NCBI GenBank assembly: GCA_038087875.1 | Contig: JAXLNO010000406.1 | Span: 186,001-250,000 of the forward strand | Length of the DNA stretch: 64,000 bases | Reading direction: 5' to 3' | DNA from: Malacoraja senta | Lineage: Eukaryota | Made by a program: the position numbers and the translations under genes | Part shown: one piece after another, positions 1 to 11,996 of the stretch | Layout of the letters: the number at the start of each line of letters is the position of its first letter | Position numbering within the stretch: position 1 is the stretch's first letter | The notes under the pieces: model-generated | Databases searched by the model: none | What the model was told of the DNA's origin: nothing | The model's input: only the letters and a program-made list of their open reading frames with translations

Positions 1-2262
1 CCACAGTTTAAGAATAAGGAGTAAGCCATTTAGAACGGAGACGAGGAAACACTATTTCACCCAGAGAGTTGTGAGTCTGTGGAATTCTCTGCCTTAGAGG
101 GAGGTGGAGGCCGGTGCTCTGGATGCTTTCAAGAGAGAGCTAGATAGAGCTCTTAAAGATAGCGGAGTCAGGGGATATGGGGAGAAGGCAGGAACGGGGT
201 ACTGATTGGGGATGATCAGCCATGATCACATTGAATGGCGGTGCTGGCTCGAAGGGCCAAATGGCCTACTCCTGCACCTATTGTGTATTGTCTATAACCT
301 AGTATCGTGGGACGGAGAAATCATGGGGCACCCTGGTTAGCATGGAGGAGTTGGGCCGAAGGGCCTGTTTCCCTGCCGTGTGACTCTAAATGGGACTAGC
401 TTAGATGGGGAACCTTAGACGGCATGGAGCGGTTGGGCCGAAGGGCCTGTTTCCCTGCTGTATGACTCTAAATGGTACTAGCCTAGATGGGGCACCGTGG
501 TTAGCATGGAGGAGTTGGGCCGAAGGGCCTGTTTCCGTGAAAATGAATGATCACATCTCGAGAGCTTCAGGGATAAATCCTGCGCTCTCTCCACAATAGG
601 AAACAGAGTCCCCTTTACCCCCAACATCGTGGAGTCATTCAGTGCCCCCCACCGCACCCCCCCCCCCACACCCCGCACTTCCCCCCAAACCTTACCCAGT
701 TCCTTCTTCAGAGCCTCTGTAAAAGATAGAAAGTAAAATTAATCGTGGCGCAGCGGTAGAGTTGCTGCCTTACAGCGAATGCAGCGCTGGAGAACCGGGT
801 TCCATCCCCACTACGAATGCTGTCTGTACGGAGTTTGGGCGTTCCCCCTGTGACCTGCATGGGTTTTCTCCGAGATCTTCGGTTTCCTCCCACACTCCAA
901 ACACGTACAGGTTTGTAGGTTAATTGGCTTGATAAATGTAAAATTGTCACTAGTGGGTGTGGGATAGTGTTAATGTGCGGGGATCGCTGGTAGGCGCGGA
1001 CCCGGTGGGCCGAAGGGCCTGTTTCCGCGCTGTATCTCTAAACTAAAACATGATTACAATCGAGCCATTTACAGTGTACAGATACATGATAAGGGAATAA
1101 GGTTTAGTGCAGTAGACAATAGGTGCAGGAGTAGGCCATTCAGTCCTTCGAGCCAGCACCGCCATTCAATGTGATCATGGCTGATTATCCACAATCAATA
1201 CCCCGTTCCTGCCTTCTCCCCATATCCCTTGACTCCGCTATCTTTAAGAGCTCCATCTAACTCTCTTGAGAACCGGCCTCCACCGCCCTCTGAGGCAGAG
1301 AATTCCACAGACTCACAACTCTTTGGGTGAAAAAGTATTTCCTCATCTCTGTTCTAAATGGCTTACCCCTTATTCTTTAAACTGTGGCCCCTGGCTCTGG
1401 ACTCCCCCAACATCGGGAACATGTTTCCTGCCTCTAGCATGTCCAAACCCTTAATAATCTTACATGTTCCAATAAGATTCCCTCTCATCCTTCTAACCTC
1501 CAGAGTGTACAAGCCCAGCCGCTCCATTCTGTGACTATAAACTGAGCTAATAATAATAAATAGGGCGTCACGGTGGTGCAGCGGTAGAGTTGCCGCCTCA
1601 CAGCGCCAGAGACCCGGGTTCGATCCTGACTACGGGTACCGTCTGTACGGAGTTTGTACGGTCCCCCCGTGACCTGCGTGGGTTTTCTCCGGGTGCTCTG
1701 GTTTCCTCCCACACTTTGAAGACCCGCAGGTTGGTAGGATGTGTAGGAAGGAACTGCAGATGCTGGTTTAAACCGAAGATAGACACAAAATGCTGGAGAA
1801 ACTCAGCGGGACAGGCAGCATCTCCGGAGAGAAGGAATGGGTGATGTTTTGGGTCGAAGGTCTCAACCCAGAACGTCACCTTTTTATTTGTTTGCCTGTC
1901 CCGCTGCGTTACTCCAGCTTGTTGTATCTATTGCCAGGTTTGTAGATTCATTGGCTTCAGTTAACAAATTGTAAATTGTCCCCACTGTGTAGGATAGTGC
2001 TAGTGTAAGGGGTGATCGCTGGTCAGCAGGGACTCGGGGGGCCGAAGGGCCTGTTTCCGAGCTGTATCTTTGACGTCTGAAGTTTGAGGTCTTTTTCTCG
2101 AGTTGAAACTGGCGCGCAGCAATGCTGAGAACTATATTCTGCACTCTGTATCTCCCCCTTTGCTCTACCTATTGGACTTGAGTTTGACCTAATTATACTC
2201 ATGGAGACACAAGGAACTGCAGATGCCAGTTTACCAAGGAAATACACAGAGTGCTGGAGCAA
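1..2262. repeat. Segmental duplication, copy A (matches 61182-63486)
   Basis: The same mosaic of CR1, SINE and Penelope fragments, with the same junctions and unique spacers (e.g. gatcacatctcgagagcttcagggataaatcctg), recurs about 61.18 kb downstream. The ORF track gives near-identical spurious peptides (405..599 vs 61586..61780; 1590..1844 vs 62813..63067). Confidence 0.95.
744..1047 (+). mobile_element. tRNA-derived SINE (HE1/V-SINE-like)
   Basis: A-box TGGCGCAGCGG and B-box-like GGTTCCATCC, central core tgtacggagttt...gtgacctgc..gggttttctcc, and a 3' tail shared with CR1 (gggccgaagggcctgtttcc). Related copies lie at about 1563-2070, 19700-20005, 28198-28510(-), 30165-30485(-), 31008-31266(-) and 61966-62270. 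Confidence 0.8.
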
Positions 2263-2400
2263 CTCAGCGGATCAGGCAGCATCCGTGGAGAACATGGATA
2301 GGTGATGTTTCAGGTCAGGACCATTCTTCAGCATTAAATGTTGGACTGATACCACACAGGGTCCTGAAGAACAAATTAAAATCAACAAGAAGTTACTCAC

Positions 2401-2427
2401 CTTGCTTCATCTGCAGATTCTGGTATT
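2401..2427 (-). pseudogene. Candidate 27-nt phase-1 micro-exon of a second butyrophilin-like copy (xYQNLQMKQx)
   Basis: Minus strand reads gtgattatag|AA TAC CAG AAT CTG CAG ATG AAG CAA G|gtgagt, preceded by a long pyrimidine tract. It lies just beyond the duplicated block, in the position expected upstream of the 21-nt exon of the other copy. Confidence 0.55.
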
Positions 2428-2436
2428 CTATAATCA

Positions 2437-2807
2437 CGGGGGGGGGGAGGAGGTGAGAGGAAGAGACGGGGGGGGGAGGAAGAGAGGGGGGGGGAGGTTG
2501 AGAGAGGGGGGGAGGAAGAGAGGGGGGGAGGAAGAGAGGGGGGGAGGAAGAGAGGGGGGGAGGAAGAGAGGGGGGAGGAAGAGAAGGGGGGGGAGGAAGA
2601 GAGGGGGGGAGGAAGAGAGGGGGGGAGGAAGAGAGGGGGGAGAAGAGGGGGGGAGAGAGGGGGGAAGAGAGGGGGGAGAGGGGGGAAGAGAGGGGGGGAG
2701 AGAGGGGGGGGAGAGAGGGGGGGGAGAGGGGGGAGAGGGGGGGAGAGGGGGGGAGAGAGAGGGGGGAGGGGGGGAGAGAGAGAGAGGGAGAGAGGGAGAG
2801 GAGGAGG
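2437..2807. repeat. Purine-rich (G/A) low-complexity tract
   Basis: Degenerate ggaggaagagagggggg units. This tract explains the Pro/Leu- and Gly/Glu/Arg-rich ORFs. Confidence 0.95.
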
Positions 2808-2883
2808 ACATAGGATGGAGCAGGTGGAGAGAATGGGGTGAGGGAGGGAACGGTGTGGGAAACAACAAAGCAAAGGGGATAGA

Positions 2884-3105
2884 CACAGAGTGCTGGAGTA
2901 ACTCAGCGGGTCAGGCAGCATCTGTGGACAACATGGATAGGTGATGTTTCACAGAGTGCTCGAGTAACTCAGCGGGTCAGGCAGCATCTGTGGACAACAT
3001 GGATAGGTGACGTTTCACAGAGTGCTGGAGTAACTCAGCGGGTCAGGCAGCATCTGTGGACAACATGGATTGGGTGGTGTTTTGGGCCGGGACCATTCTT
3101 CAGAC
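2884..3105 (-). repeat. About 3 x 66-bp tandem repeat of a Penelope-derived terminal fragment
   Basis: Unit cacagagtgctggagtaactcagcgggtcaggcagcatctgtggacaacatggataggtgatgttt starts at 2884, 2950 and 3016. Confidence 0.8.
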
Positions 3106-3539
3106 TTTAAACTCCAGGAAATATAACACTGGACCGGCTGCAGAAACACGACAGCGCCCTGTCTGTCTCCGGGCCTGATCCATCCTCGTCATTTCTTGCC
3201 CCCTTTCAGTCTGAAGAAGGGTCCCGAGCTGAAACGTCACCTATCCATGTTCTCCACAGATGCTGCCTGACCCACTGAGTTGTTTCTCGGGGTATCTACA
3301 TTTTAGTAGTTGTTTAAGTTATGACTATCAGATGGAAGCTGCAAACCAAATCTCGTTGCACCCTATGTGCAATGACAATAAAAGATAGTATTATATTTTT
3401 ATTATTAAACCAGTATCTGCTGTTCCTTCCTCCACCACCAGAGAGCAGTTCTGATCTATTATCCCCCTCACTGGAGATCCTCAGACTATCTGTATCTTTG
3501 ATCAGACTTTATTGGACGTTATCTTGCTCTATACGTTAT

Positions 3540-4975
3540 TCACTTGATGGTGGCAAAAACAGGAGGGCCGATTATTATCTAAATGGTGTCAAGTTGGGAA
3601 AAGGGGAAGTACAACGGGATCTGAGGGGTCCTTGTTCAGCAGTCAATGAAAGTAAGCATGCAGGTACAGCAGGCAGTGAAGAAAGCATATGGCATGTTGA
3701 CCTTCATAACAAGAGGAGTTATAGGAGCAAAGAGTTCCTTCTGCAGTTGTACAGGGCCCTAGTGAGACCACACCTGGAGTATTATGTGGAGTTTTTGTCT
3801 CCTAATTTGAGGAAGGACATTCTTGCTAGTGAGGGAGTGCAGCGTAGGTTTATAAGGTTAATTCCCGGGATGGCGGACTATCATATGCTGAGAGAATGGA
3901 GCTGTTGGGCTTGTATGCTCTGGAATTTAGAAGGATGGGAAATATCTTATGGAAACATATACAATTATTAAGGGATTGGACAGGCTAGATGCAGGAAAAA
4001 TGTTTCTGATGTTGGGGGAGTCCAGAACCAGGGGTCACACAGGTTAAGAATAAGGGGTAGGCTGATATCTGAAGGGGCTGCTCCTCAAGTTTTGGTTGCA
4101 TTTTAGTACTATGATTCTGGTTTTTGGACACAAGGCAGGGAGTGAGGAGAGCCAATCGGGAGGGCGTGTGGGACCTCGATGTCGGTTTGCTCCTGGGCCT
4201 GTCCTAGATGGCCATTCGCGGGTCCAGGCAGCGGGCAGTTGATGGTCATACCAGAGTCGGCTGCCTGCCCCTCTTCCGGGCCTATGTCCCTGCCCCCGTG
4301 TCCCTGGAGAGGAACACACACGCGGTGTCCACGGGGACTCTGGAGGCCGTCCGTGAACGCTGGTCACCGCGTGGGGTCGAGAGCATTGTAAATAATGAGT
4401 GTACCATCGTATTCGGCCCTTCGTGCCAGCTGTCATATGTTGCATATGAAGGACATCCTTGTGATTGAGGCAGTGCAGCGTAGGTTCACCAGATTGATCC
4501 CTGGGATGGCGGGACTGTCATATGAGGAAATATTGTAAAGACTAGGTTTGTATTCACTGGAGTTTAGAAGGATGAGGGGGAATCTTATAGAAACATATAA
4601 AATTATAAAAGGACTGGACAAACTAGATGCAGGAAAAATGTTCCCAATGTTGGGCGAGTCCAGAACCAGGGGCCACAGTCTTAGAATAAAGGGGAGGTCA
4701 TTTAAGACTGAGGTGGGAAAAAACGTTTTCACCCAGAGAGTTGTGAATTTATGGAATTCCCTGCCACAGAGGGCAGTGGAGGCCAAGTCACTGGATGGAT
4801 TTAAGAGAGAGTTAGATAGAGCTCTAAGGGCTAGTAGAATCAAGGGACATGGGGAGAAGGCAGGCACGGATTATTGATTGGGGACGATCAGCCATGATCA
4901 CAATGCATGGCGGTGCTGGCTCGAAGGGCTGAATAGCCTCCTCCTGCACCTATTTTCTATGTTTCTATGTTTCTA
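3540..4975 (+). mobile_element. CR1 LINE 3' fragments separated by a Tx1-like fragment (~4063-4440)
   Basis: CR1 ORF2 C-terminal motifs LYRALVRPHLEY, LIETYKIIKGLD and [13 protein letters not shown], ending in a (tttctatg)n tail. Confidence 0.85.
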
Positions 4976-5079
4976 TATTATAATGATTGCTTGATGTATT
5001 GTAATCTTTGATTGTACTTTTGATATGCTGTATTATGCATTTTGCTGAATAAAGACCTTGAAGAAAATAGAGGACAACA

Positions 5080-5616
5080 TATGTGTGGAGCACCACGCAC
5101 CTCCTCTACGTGGGGGTCTACCTGAGACCCACTGAGGGGGCTTGGCCAGCGAACTGGCAGGATCTAGAGGCGAGAGTCGTCGCCCGGCTGGGGCGCTGGT
5201 CAGGCCTCCTTGGCGTGCTCTCTTACCGGGGGAGAGCATTGGTCATAAACCCGCTGGTGGCCTCTCTTGTGGTACCAGCTGGCCACTCTGGTCCCACCCT
5301 CTTTATTTGTCATCATGATCCAGAGGAGGTTGGTGAACTTCTTCTGGGGATGAGAGGAATCATTGGGTCTCTGCTGGGGTTCTGAGTCTCCCGTTGGAGG
5401 AGGGCGATCAGGCACTGGTTTGCGTCCATACCCAGGTGGCGGCTCTCCGTCTCAGGACCCTGCGGAGGTATATGTACTCCGAGTGTCCTCCTGGATGGCA
5501 TGAGCTGGCGACGTACTTTTTCTGCCAGGGTCGTTGCCTCAAGGAGGGCACACGGCTCCCGGTAGCGGGCATCAGTCGACACACTAGGCGGGAGTTGCCT
5601 GGCTTTTATCGAGATA
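5080..5616 (+). mobile_element. Tx1-like (L1 clade) ORF2 fragment
   Basis: Peptide ANWQDLEARVVARLGRWSGLLGVLSYRGRALVIN is typical of Tx1-like ORF2. It stops at the Helitron 3' end. Confidence 0.7.
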
Positions 5617-6650
5617 CTAGACTAAGTGGGACCCGTTGGGTCCCAGCATCACACGGGAGGGCTGGTCACCCAACACAATATTCCACCTCTCCACCAATTC
5701 CAATAGTGCTGGCCAGTGGTGGGGGGGGGGCGCTTTCTGTTTGCGCTAGTATGGGTGTTGTGGGCCGAAGGTACTGGTTTCCAGAGGGCTATTATAGACA
5801 TTGTGGGCCGAATGGATTCTTGGGCTGGCAGCTCAGTCACTGAGGCCAGGCAGCTCATTCACTGAGGCCTGGCAGAACAATCACTCGGACCTGGCAGGCT
5901 GGCAGCTGAGAAACTGCCAGAAATTCTGCCCAAAACAGGTGACAGACTGTGAGAGAGAAGAGGGAGTGGGTGGACTGAATGGATTATTGGGCTGGCAATT
6001 CAGTCACTTACGGCTGGTGGGCTGGCAATTCACTTACTCACGGCTTGTGGGCTGGCAGTGCAGTCACTCACGCCTGGTACGCTGGCAGTTCCCTCAGTCA
6101 CCCCACCTACCTTCACCCCCCACTCTGCTCCTTGCCATTCCCCTCCCACCCACACATTCAGTGCAACTCCCCACAACATCCCCCCATTCACCCTTAGTGG
6201 CTCTCCCACAGAGCAGCCATTCCTGCCTATTAGGTTCGCATTGTGATGAAGAACAGGCAGGCATGAAAAGTGCAAAAAGGATTTATTAAAGTTTAAAATG
6301 TGAATAACTCTTAAAATATAAGAACAATTTAAATGTTAAAGATGAGAATTATTAAGTTATTTCTTCTTGTGTCTCTTGTTGTGTTCTGCTGCTCACTGCC
6401 TCTTGATGACTATTTCCTGTTGATAAAAAGAGACATTCATCCCAAACAATGACTTTCACTTGCCTCATGAAATGTGCCGTCTTAGAGTTCTTCTCGAAGT
6501 TGCAGAATGTATCCTCGGCCACTTAGATGGGTATCTTGAATGGAGAATGTGTAGTTCTTCCACCAGGCATTAACGTAGCTGCTATCCCAGAGGATGCTAC
6601 AGCAATAGCCACATCACCTTGACCTCTAACTTTTCCTGACATGATGTCGA
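5617..6650 (-). mobile_element. Helitron: 3' terminus plus Pif1-family helicase relic (5' end not located)
   Basis: Minus strand ends GGGACCC-AAC-GGGTCCC hairpin (5628-5644), ACTTAGT, CTAG|T. Positions ~6430-6635(-) translate to KVRGQGDVAIAVASSGIAATLMPGGRTTHSPFKIPI*...VKVIVWDEC, matching Helitron RepHel helicase motifs. Confidence 0.85.
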
Positions 6651-7184
6651 AAAAGCAGCCTAAAGACAATTTCAGTTGTTAATGAACACTGAAGAATTTG
6701 TGCAAAACATTTCTTTGAGGCGGGGGCCGTCAGGGTGGGGTGGGGGGTGGTAAACGTTGTGCAGCCAAGGGAGGGGCACAGCTTCAGGCGGGGGCTCTCA
6801 TGAGCTGATGAGAAGGGGGGGGGTATGTCCTCCAGCGGGGGATGTGGGCGGCTTCAGTAGGGGGCAGGAGGGGGCGCATCCTATAGCCAGGCGGAGGGCA
6901 GCGTCTGGAGGTCGGGGATGTCAGTGGAGGAGGGGGGGGCGGTGAGCGACATACTCATGATCTCTGGACACACTCACTGCCTTGGGATTAACTCATGGCC
7001 TTTGGACTGACTGACTCATGGCTTGTGGACTGACTGATGCCCGACTTCTGGAGTCACGTCTGACTTGTAAACTGAAAACTGTAACATCTACATTGAGGAA
7101 CAGCTTCTTCCTGACAGCCATCAGGCTATCAAACATAATAAATAAGCTCTGAACTACGAAAGACTATATTATTTGTGCTATTTG

Positions 7185-7471
7185 CACACACACACACACA
7201 GTCACACACACTCACACACACAGTCACACACATATTCACACACACACACACACACACGTATTCACACACACACACACACACACACATATTCACACACATA
7301 TTCACACACACACATACATGCATTCACACACACACATGCACACACACACATATTCACACACACACACATAGTCCCACACACATAGTCACACACATAGTCC
7401 CACACACACATAGTCACACACACACATAGTCACACACACACACACACAAACATTCATTCACACACACACAC
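7185..7471. repeat. Degenerate (CA)n microsatellite
   Basis: Directly visible. Similar tracts occur at ~58393-58790 and ~60558-60680. Confidence 0.95.
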
Positions 7472-10400
7472 AAAGCTGCTTCCTGTTATGCCCAAGCAAA
7501 AAAAACATTTCAATAGTGAGAGAGGATGTATTTCCTGAGAAGGAGGTAGCTTCTGTAAACAGAAGTCTTCTGGTTGGTAGCTGACATCATGATTACATTG
7601 TTAAGACAGAATTGTAAATGTTGACTAAGTTCCTGTTTTTTCGAAATTTGTGATCAACAATTTGTGATTGATAGAACTACAAGATGACAATTATTGTATT
7701 AGTAACAAGAATACTTTGAATGGGTATATTCTGTGATTTATTTGTGTTAGACGTCATTGTTGCTACTCTGTATAAACATGTGACTACGTTTCTAAAATAC
7801 TATAAATTGATGCTGTATTTCTTTGTTCATTAGAGTGGTGGCTCAGGAGGGTTAAGTATCTGTTGTATACTTTACTTTGTATCCCTGGCACTCGCCGGCT
7901 AATGATCAGTAAAGCTTGTGTTGGTGTACCTAACCTATTGTGAGTTGTCTGTTTTAAAAAATGAACCTTAACAGAGACTTGTGGTTGTCGGGTCACTGAA
8001 AGAGAGGGGATTCACAGGTGGATTTGATGGGTTTGGACAACGAAGAGCACACTGATTTCATTGTTAACCAATAAAGAACTTCACTGAGGAACTTGACAAT
8101 GTGAGACTTGACAGTGTAAGGCTGGTCCAGATAGTAAAGGCAGGTGGGATCGAAGGCGAGCTGGTAAAATGGATCCAAAATTGGCTTGGTGGTTGGAGGT
8201 TGAAGGTAGCAGTAGAAGGATGATTTCCTGCTTGGAGGTCTGTGACTGGTGAAGTGCAGCAGGGATCGGCGCTGCAACCTTTGCTGTTGATGTTATATTT
8301 TCACAGCTTGGATGTGAATGTAGGAGGTGTGATTAGTAAGTCTGTGGAGGACGCAAAAATTGTGGATAGCGGGGAAGGTTGTCAAAATGTGCAGCAGGAT
8401 ATAGGCTAGATTATTAAAACCTTATTGACATGCAGGGATATCAGAGCAAGAGAGTGCATTTTTATCATGAGAGCAAGGAATTTTAAAGTGGATCTGAGTT
8501 GGAAGTTTTCTTTACACTGAGAGTGGGTGATATCTGGGACATGCTACAGAGGAGGTAGTGGAGTGAGATACAATCACTATATTTGAAGCACTACGTGAGG
8601 TGTATAAGAATACCGATGTAATGTGGGCAAACCGATTAGTATATGAGGGGAAAAGGTGGACATGGAGACGATGGGCCGGAGGTCCTGATTCTGTAATGTA
8701 CAACCATGGCTGAATAACTGAGTCACCACAGCCACTGGTCCAGGGAATTCCAAAGGTTCCCCAGTCTCTGTGTGCAGTAATGTTTCCTTATCTCTGTCCT
8801 ACTTGGTGCTGCCCACATTCTGAGATGGTGCCCGTTCTCCAGACCCCTCAGACAGGGGAAATATCATCCCTGCATCCAGCCCACTGAGCCCTGTAAGAAC
8901 TTTGTGATTCACTGAGATCTCCTCCTATACACCCAAACGCTGGAGTACACAGGCCTAGTCTACTCAATCTCACCCCACACAGCAAACTCATTGTCCCAGG
9001 AACAAGTATTGTTAATCTTTGCTGCTTTGCCTCTGTGTCAAGTCTGTCAAGGAGCATAGGAACACAAGATAACAGGATCAGGATTAGGATCAGCTCCTCA
9101 GGCTTGCCCCTCCATTCAATGTGATCATGGCTGATCGAAGCTGGCACCAATTCCTCTTCTGTGTGAGTTCCCCATAATCTTAATTTTTCCATCTATCAAA
9201 TATATATTTTTAGCCAAGTTGCAGATATCCAATAACCCAACAATTCACCACCATCTTGGGCACAACATTCCAGATATTCACTGCCCTCTGAGAGATGCAA
9301 CTTCTACACATGAGAGGCTGCTCTGGAAGGTTGGATCTCATGGAATCCAGGGTGAACTAGCCGATGGAATACAACATTTACCTGAAGGTCGCAGACAGAG
9401 GATGTTGGTCGAGGGTCGTTTTTCAGACTGGAGACAGAGTCCACTGTTGTTCCTTATTTATATACACGATTGGGTGTGTATGTAGGTTGCACGGTTAGTC
9501 AGTTTGTAGATGGAACTAAAATTGGTGACATTGTGGAGAGTGAAGAAAGTTATCTGAGAGTAATTGGGATCCCTGTGAACTGGGCCAATGGGCTCAGGAA
9601 CGGCAGGTGGGATTTATTCATGTGAAGGTGAGGTGATGCACTTTGCTGAGACAAACCAGGGCTGGACATACACTGTAAACGGGGAACTTTATAGAACTGA
9701 GAGATCTCGGGCTGCAGGTACACAGTGCCATGGAAGATGCAATAGTGACAGGCAGGGTGGTGAAGAATGTGTTTGTCACTCATGCATTATAGGTCAGGAT
9801 ATTAAATACAGCGTTTGACACCATGAGGTTATTAGCAAATGAGAGAGGTTGCAAAATGATTTATGATAATTTCATTTTCTGAAGGACTGGGTTATAAGGA
9901 GACGTTGGACAGGCAGGGTCATTTTTCTTTGGAGCCCATCAGGATACTTTTATAGACGTGTATGAGATCTATATAAGGTGCACAGATAAGGTGAATAGCC
10001 ACAGTATTTTACCCAAGACAGGAGAGTTTAAACCTCTGACTATGATGTTTCCCAACTGATGAGTTTAGTGGTAGATCAAATCTCCAATTTCCCTTCAGTC
10101 CACAATAGAATTAATCTTTGCATCTAGGTATAGCTTAAAGATGTATAGGAATGAACTGCAGATGCTGGATTAAACCGAAAATAAACTCAAAAAGCTGGCG
10201 TAACTCAGCGGGACAGGCGGCATCTCTGGTGAGAAGGAGTGGGTGACGTTTCGGTTCAAGACCCTTCTTCAGACTGGTTGTGGATAAGGGAAACAAGAGA
10301 TATAGGCGATGATGTGAAGAGATAAAGAACAATGAATGGAAGATATGCAAAAAATAACGATGAGATGAAACAGGCCATTGTTAGCTATTTGTTAGGTGAA

Positions 10401-11996
10401 AACGAGAAACTAGTGTGACTTGGGTGGGGAGGGAAAGAGAGAGAGGGAATGCCGGAGCTACCTGAAGTTAGAGAAATCAACATTTCATACCACTGGGCTG
10501 TAAACTGCCCTAGCAAAATATGAGATACTGTTCCTCCAATTTGCATTCATCCTCACTCTGACAATGGAGGAGACCTAGGACAGAAAGGTCTGTGTGGGAA
10601 TGGGAAGGAAAATTAAAGTGTTAATGTATTTACAACGTAGGCAGGAAGTGGTCAGGATGAGACTTTGAGTAATCGTACAGATTGTCTATTGTCCATTGTC
10701 CATTGTCTAACTCTCTCTTGAAAGCCTCCTGAGAATTCTGTGGAAGAGAATGCCACAGATTCACAACGTGGTGGTTGGCGAGGTGGAGGGCCGCGGCGCC
10801 CTGGATGAGAGTATTTTATTGCCTAATGCACCAAATAGAACAAATAGAAGCAAAGAATAAAGAGCATGAGATCAGATTACGTGAAGACACGAATGTGGAG
10901 ACGGCGTCTACTTGGATCCCCTTTGATCTCTTGTTTTCACACCTTACCCTTCCAAACGTTTACGTCCCCCTCTTCCTTGACTGTCAGTCTGAAGAAGGGT
11001 CCTGACCAGATACGTCACGCATTCCTTCCATCCAGAGATACTGCCTGTTCCGCGGAGATATTCCCGCATTTTGTGTCCTCAGACGGCGTCGTTGCTTGTG
11101 AATCGATTCTGAAATAAAACCAAAAGGAAGATATATAGACACGAGAAACCGCAGATGCTTGTTTACAAAAATCCACAAAGTGCTGGACTGACTCAGTGGG
11201 TCAGGCAGCATCTCTGGAGAAGATGGATCTCCAGAAGTGTCCATGTTCTCCAGAGATGTTGCCAGGCCCACTGAGTAACTTCAATATGTTATAAGGTCAT
11301 AAGGGCATAAGTGATAGATGCCGAATTAAGCCATTCGGCCCATCAAATCTACTTTGCCTTCCAATCATGGCTGATCTATCTCTCTCCAAACCCCTTTCTC
11401 CTGCCTTCTCCCCATAACTCTTGACACCCGTACTAATCAAGAATCTAGCTATCTCCGCCTAAAAAATATCCATCAACTTGGCCTCCACAGCCTTCTGTGC
11501 AAAGAAATCTACAGATTCACCACCCTGTGAGGAAATTCCTCCTCATCTCCTTCCGAAAGGAACGTCCTTTAAGTCTGAGGCTGTGACCTCTGGTTCTGGA
11601 CTCTCCCACTGGTGGAAATATCGTCTCCGCATTCACTCTATCCAATCCTTTCACTATTGGACGTTCTAATAAGGTCCCCTCCCCCCGCCCTCACCTTCTC
11701 CTTAGTCATAGCCACTCCATTAACGTCCACGCCCTGATTCTCTTGAATTTCAGGCACGTTGCTCTTGTCATCCACTGTGAAGACGGATGCAAAAAACTTT
11801 CTTCAATTCCTCTGCCATTTCTTTATTCCCATTATAACTTCTCCTATGTCTTATTTTGTGTCTCATAAAGGAAAACGTTGCCTATTGAAAAATAACAAAC
11901 TATTTACAGGAAAGGAAGCTCTTTCTTTTTATTAACGGAGTTGGCTTTGTTTGCTGTAATCCTAAATATTCCTGAATAAGATAACGATATTTATCA

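Noticed and set aside
744..830. tRNA gene
   Set aside because: The A/B boxes belong to the tRNA-derived head of a SINE that continues into core and CR1-like tail sequence.
2397..2944. Long Pro/Leu-rich and Gly/Arg/Glu-rich ORFs
   Set aside because: Artefacts of a G/A low-complexity tract.
3105..3137. Possible further 33-nt minus-strand micro-exon (xGPVLYFLEFKx) after a good acceptor tgtttctgcag
   Set aside because: No GT donor at the phase-1 position, and the sequence runs straight into a Penelope-derived fragment. It cannot be supported without the paralogue.
7129..7429. His/Thr-rich and Val/Cys-rich ORFs (also 58307-58801, 60447-60764)
   Set aside because: Translations of (CA)n microsatellites.
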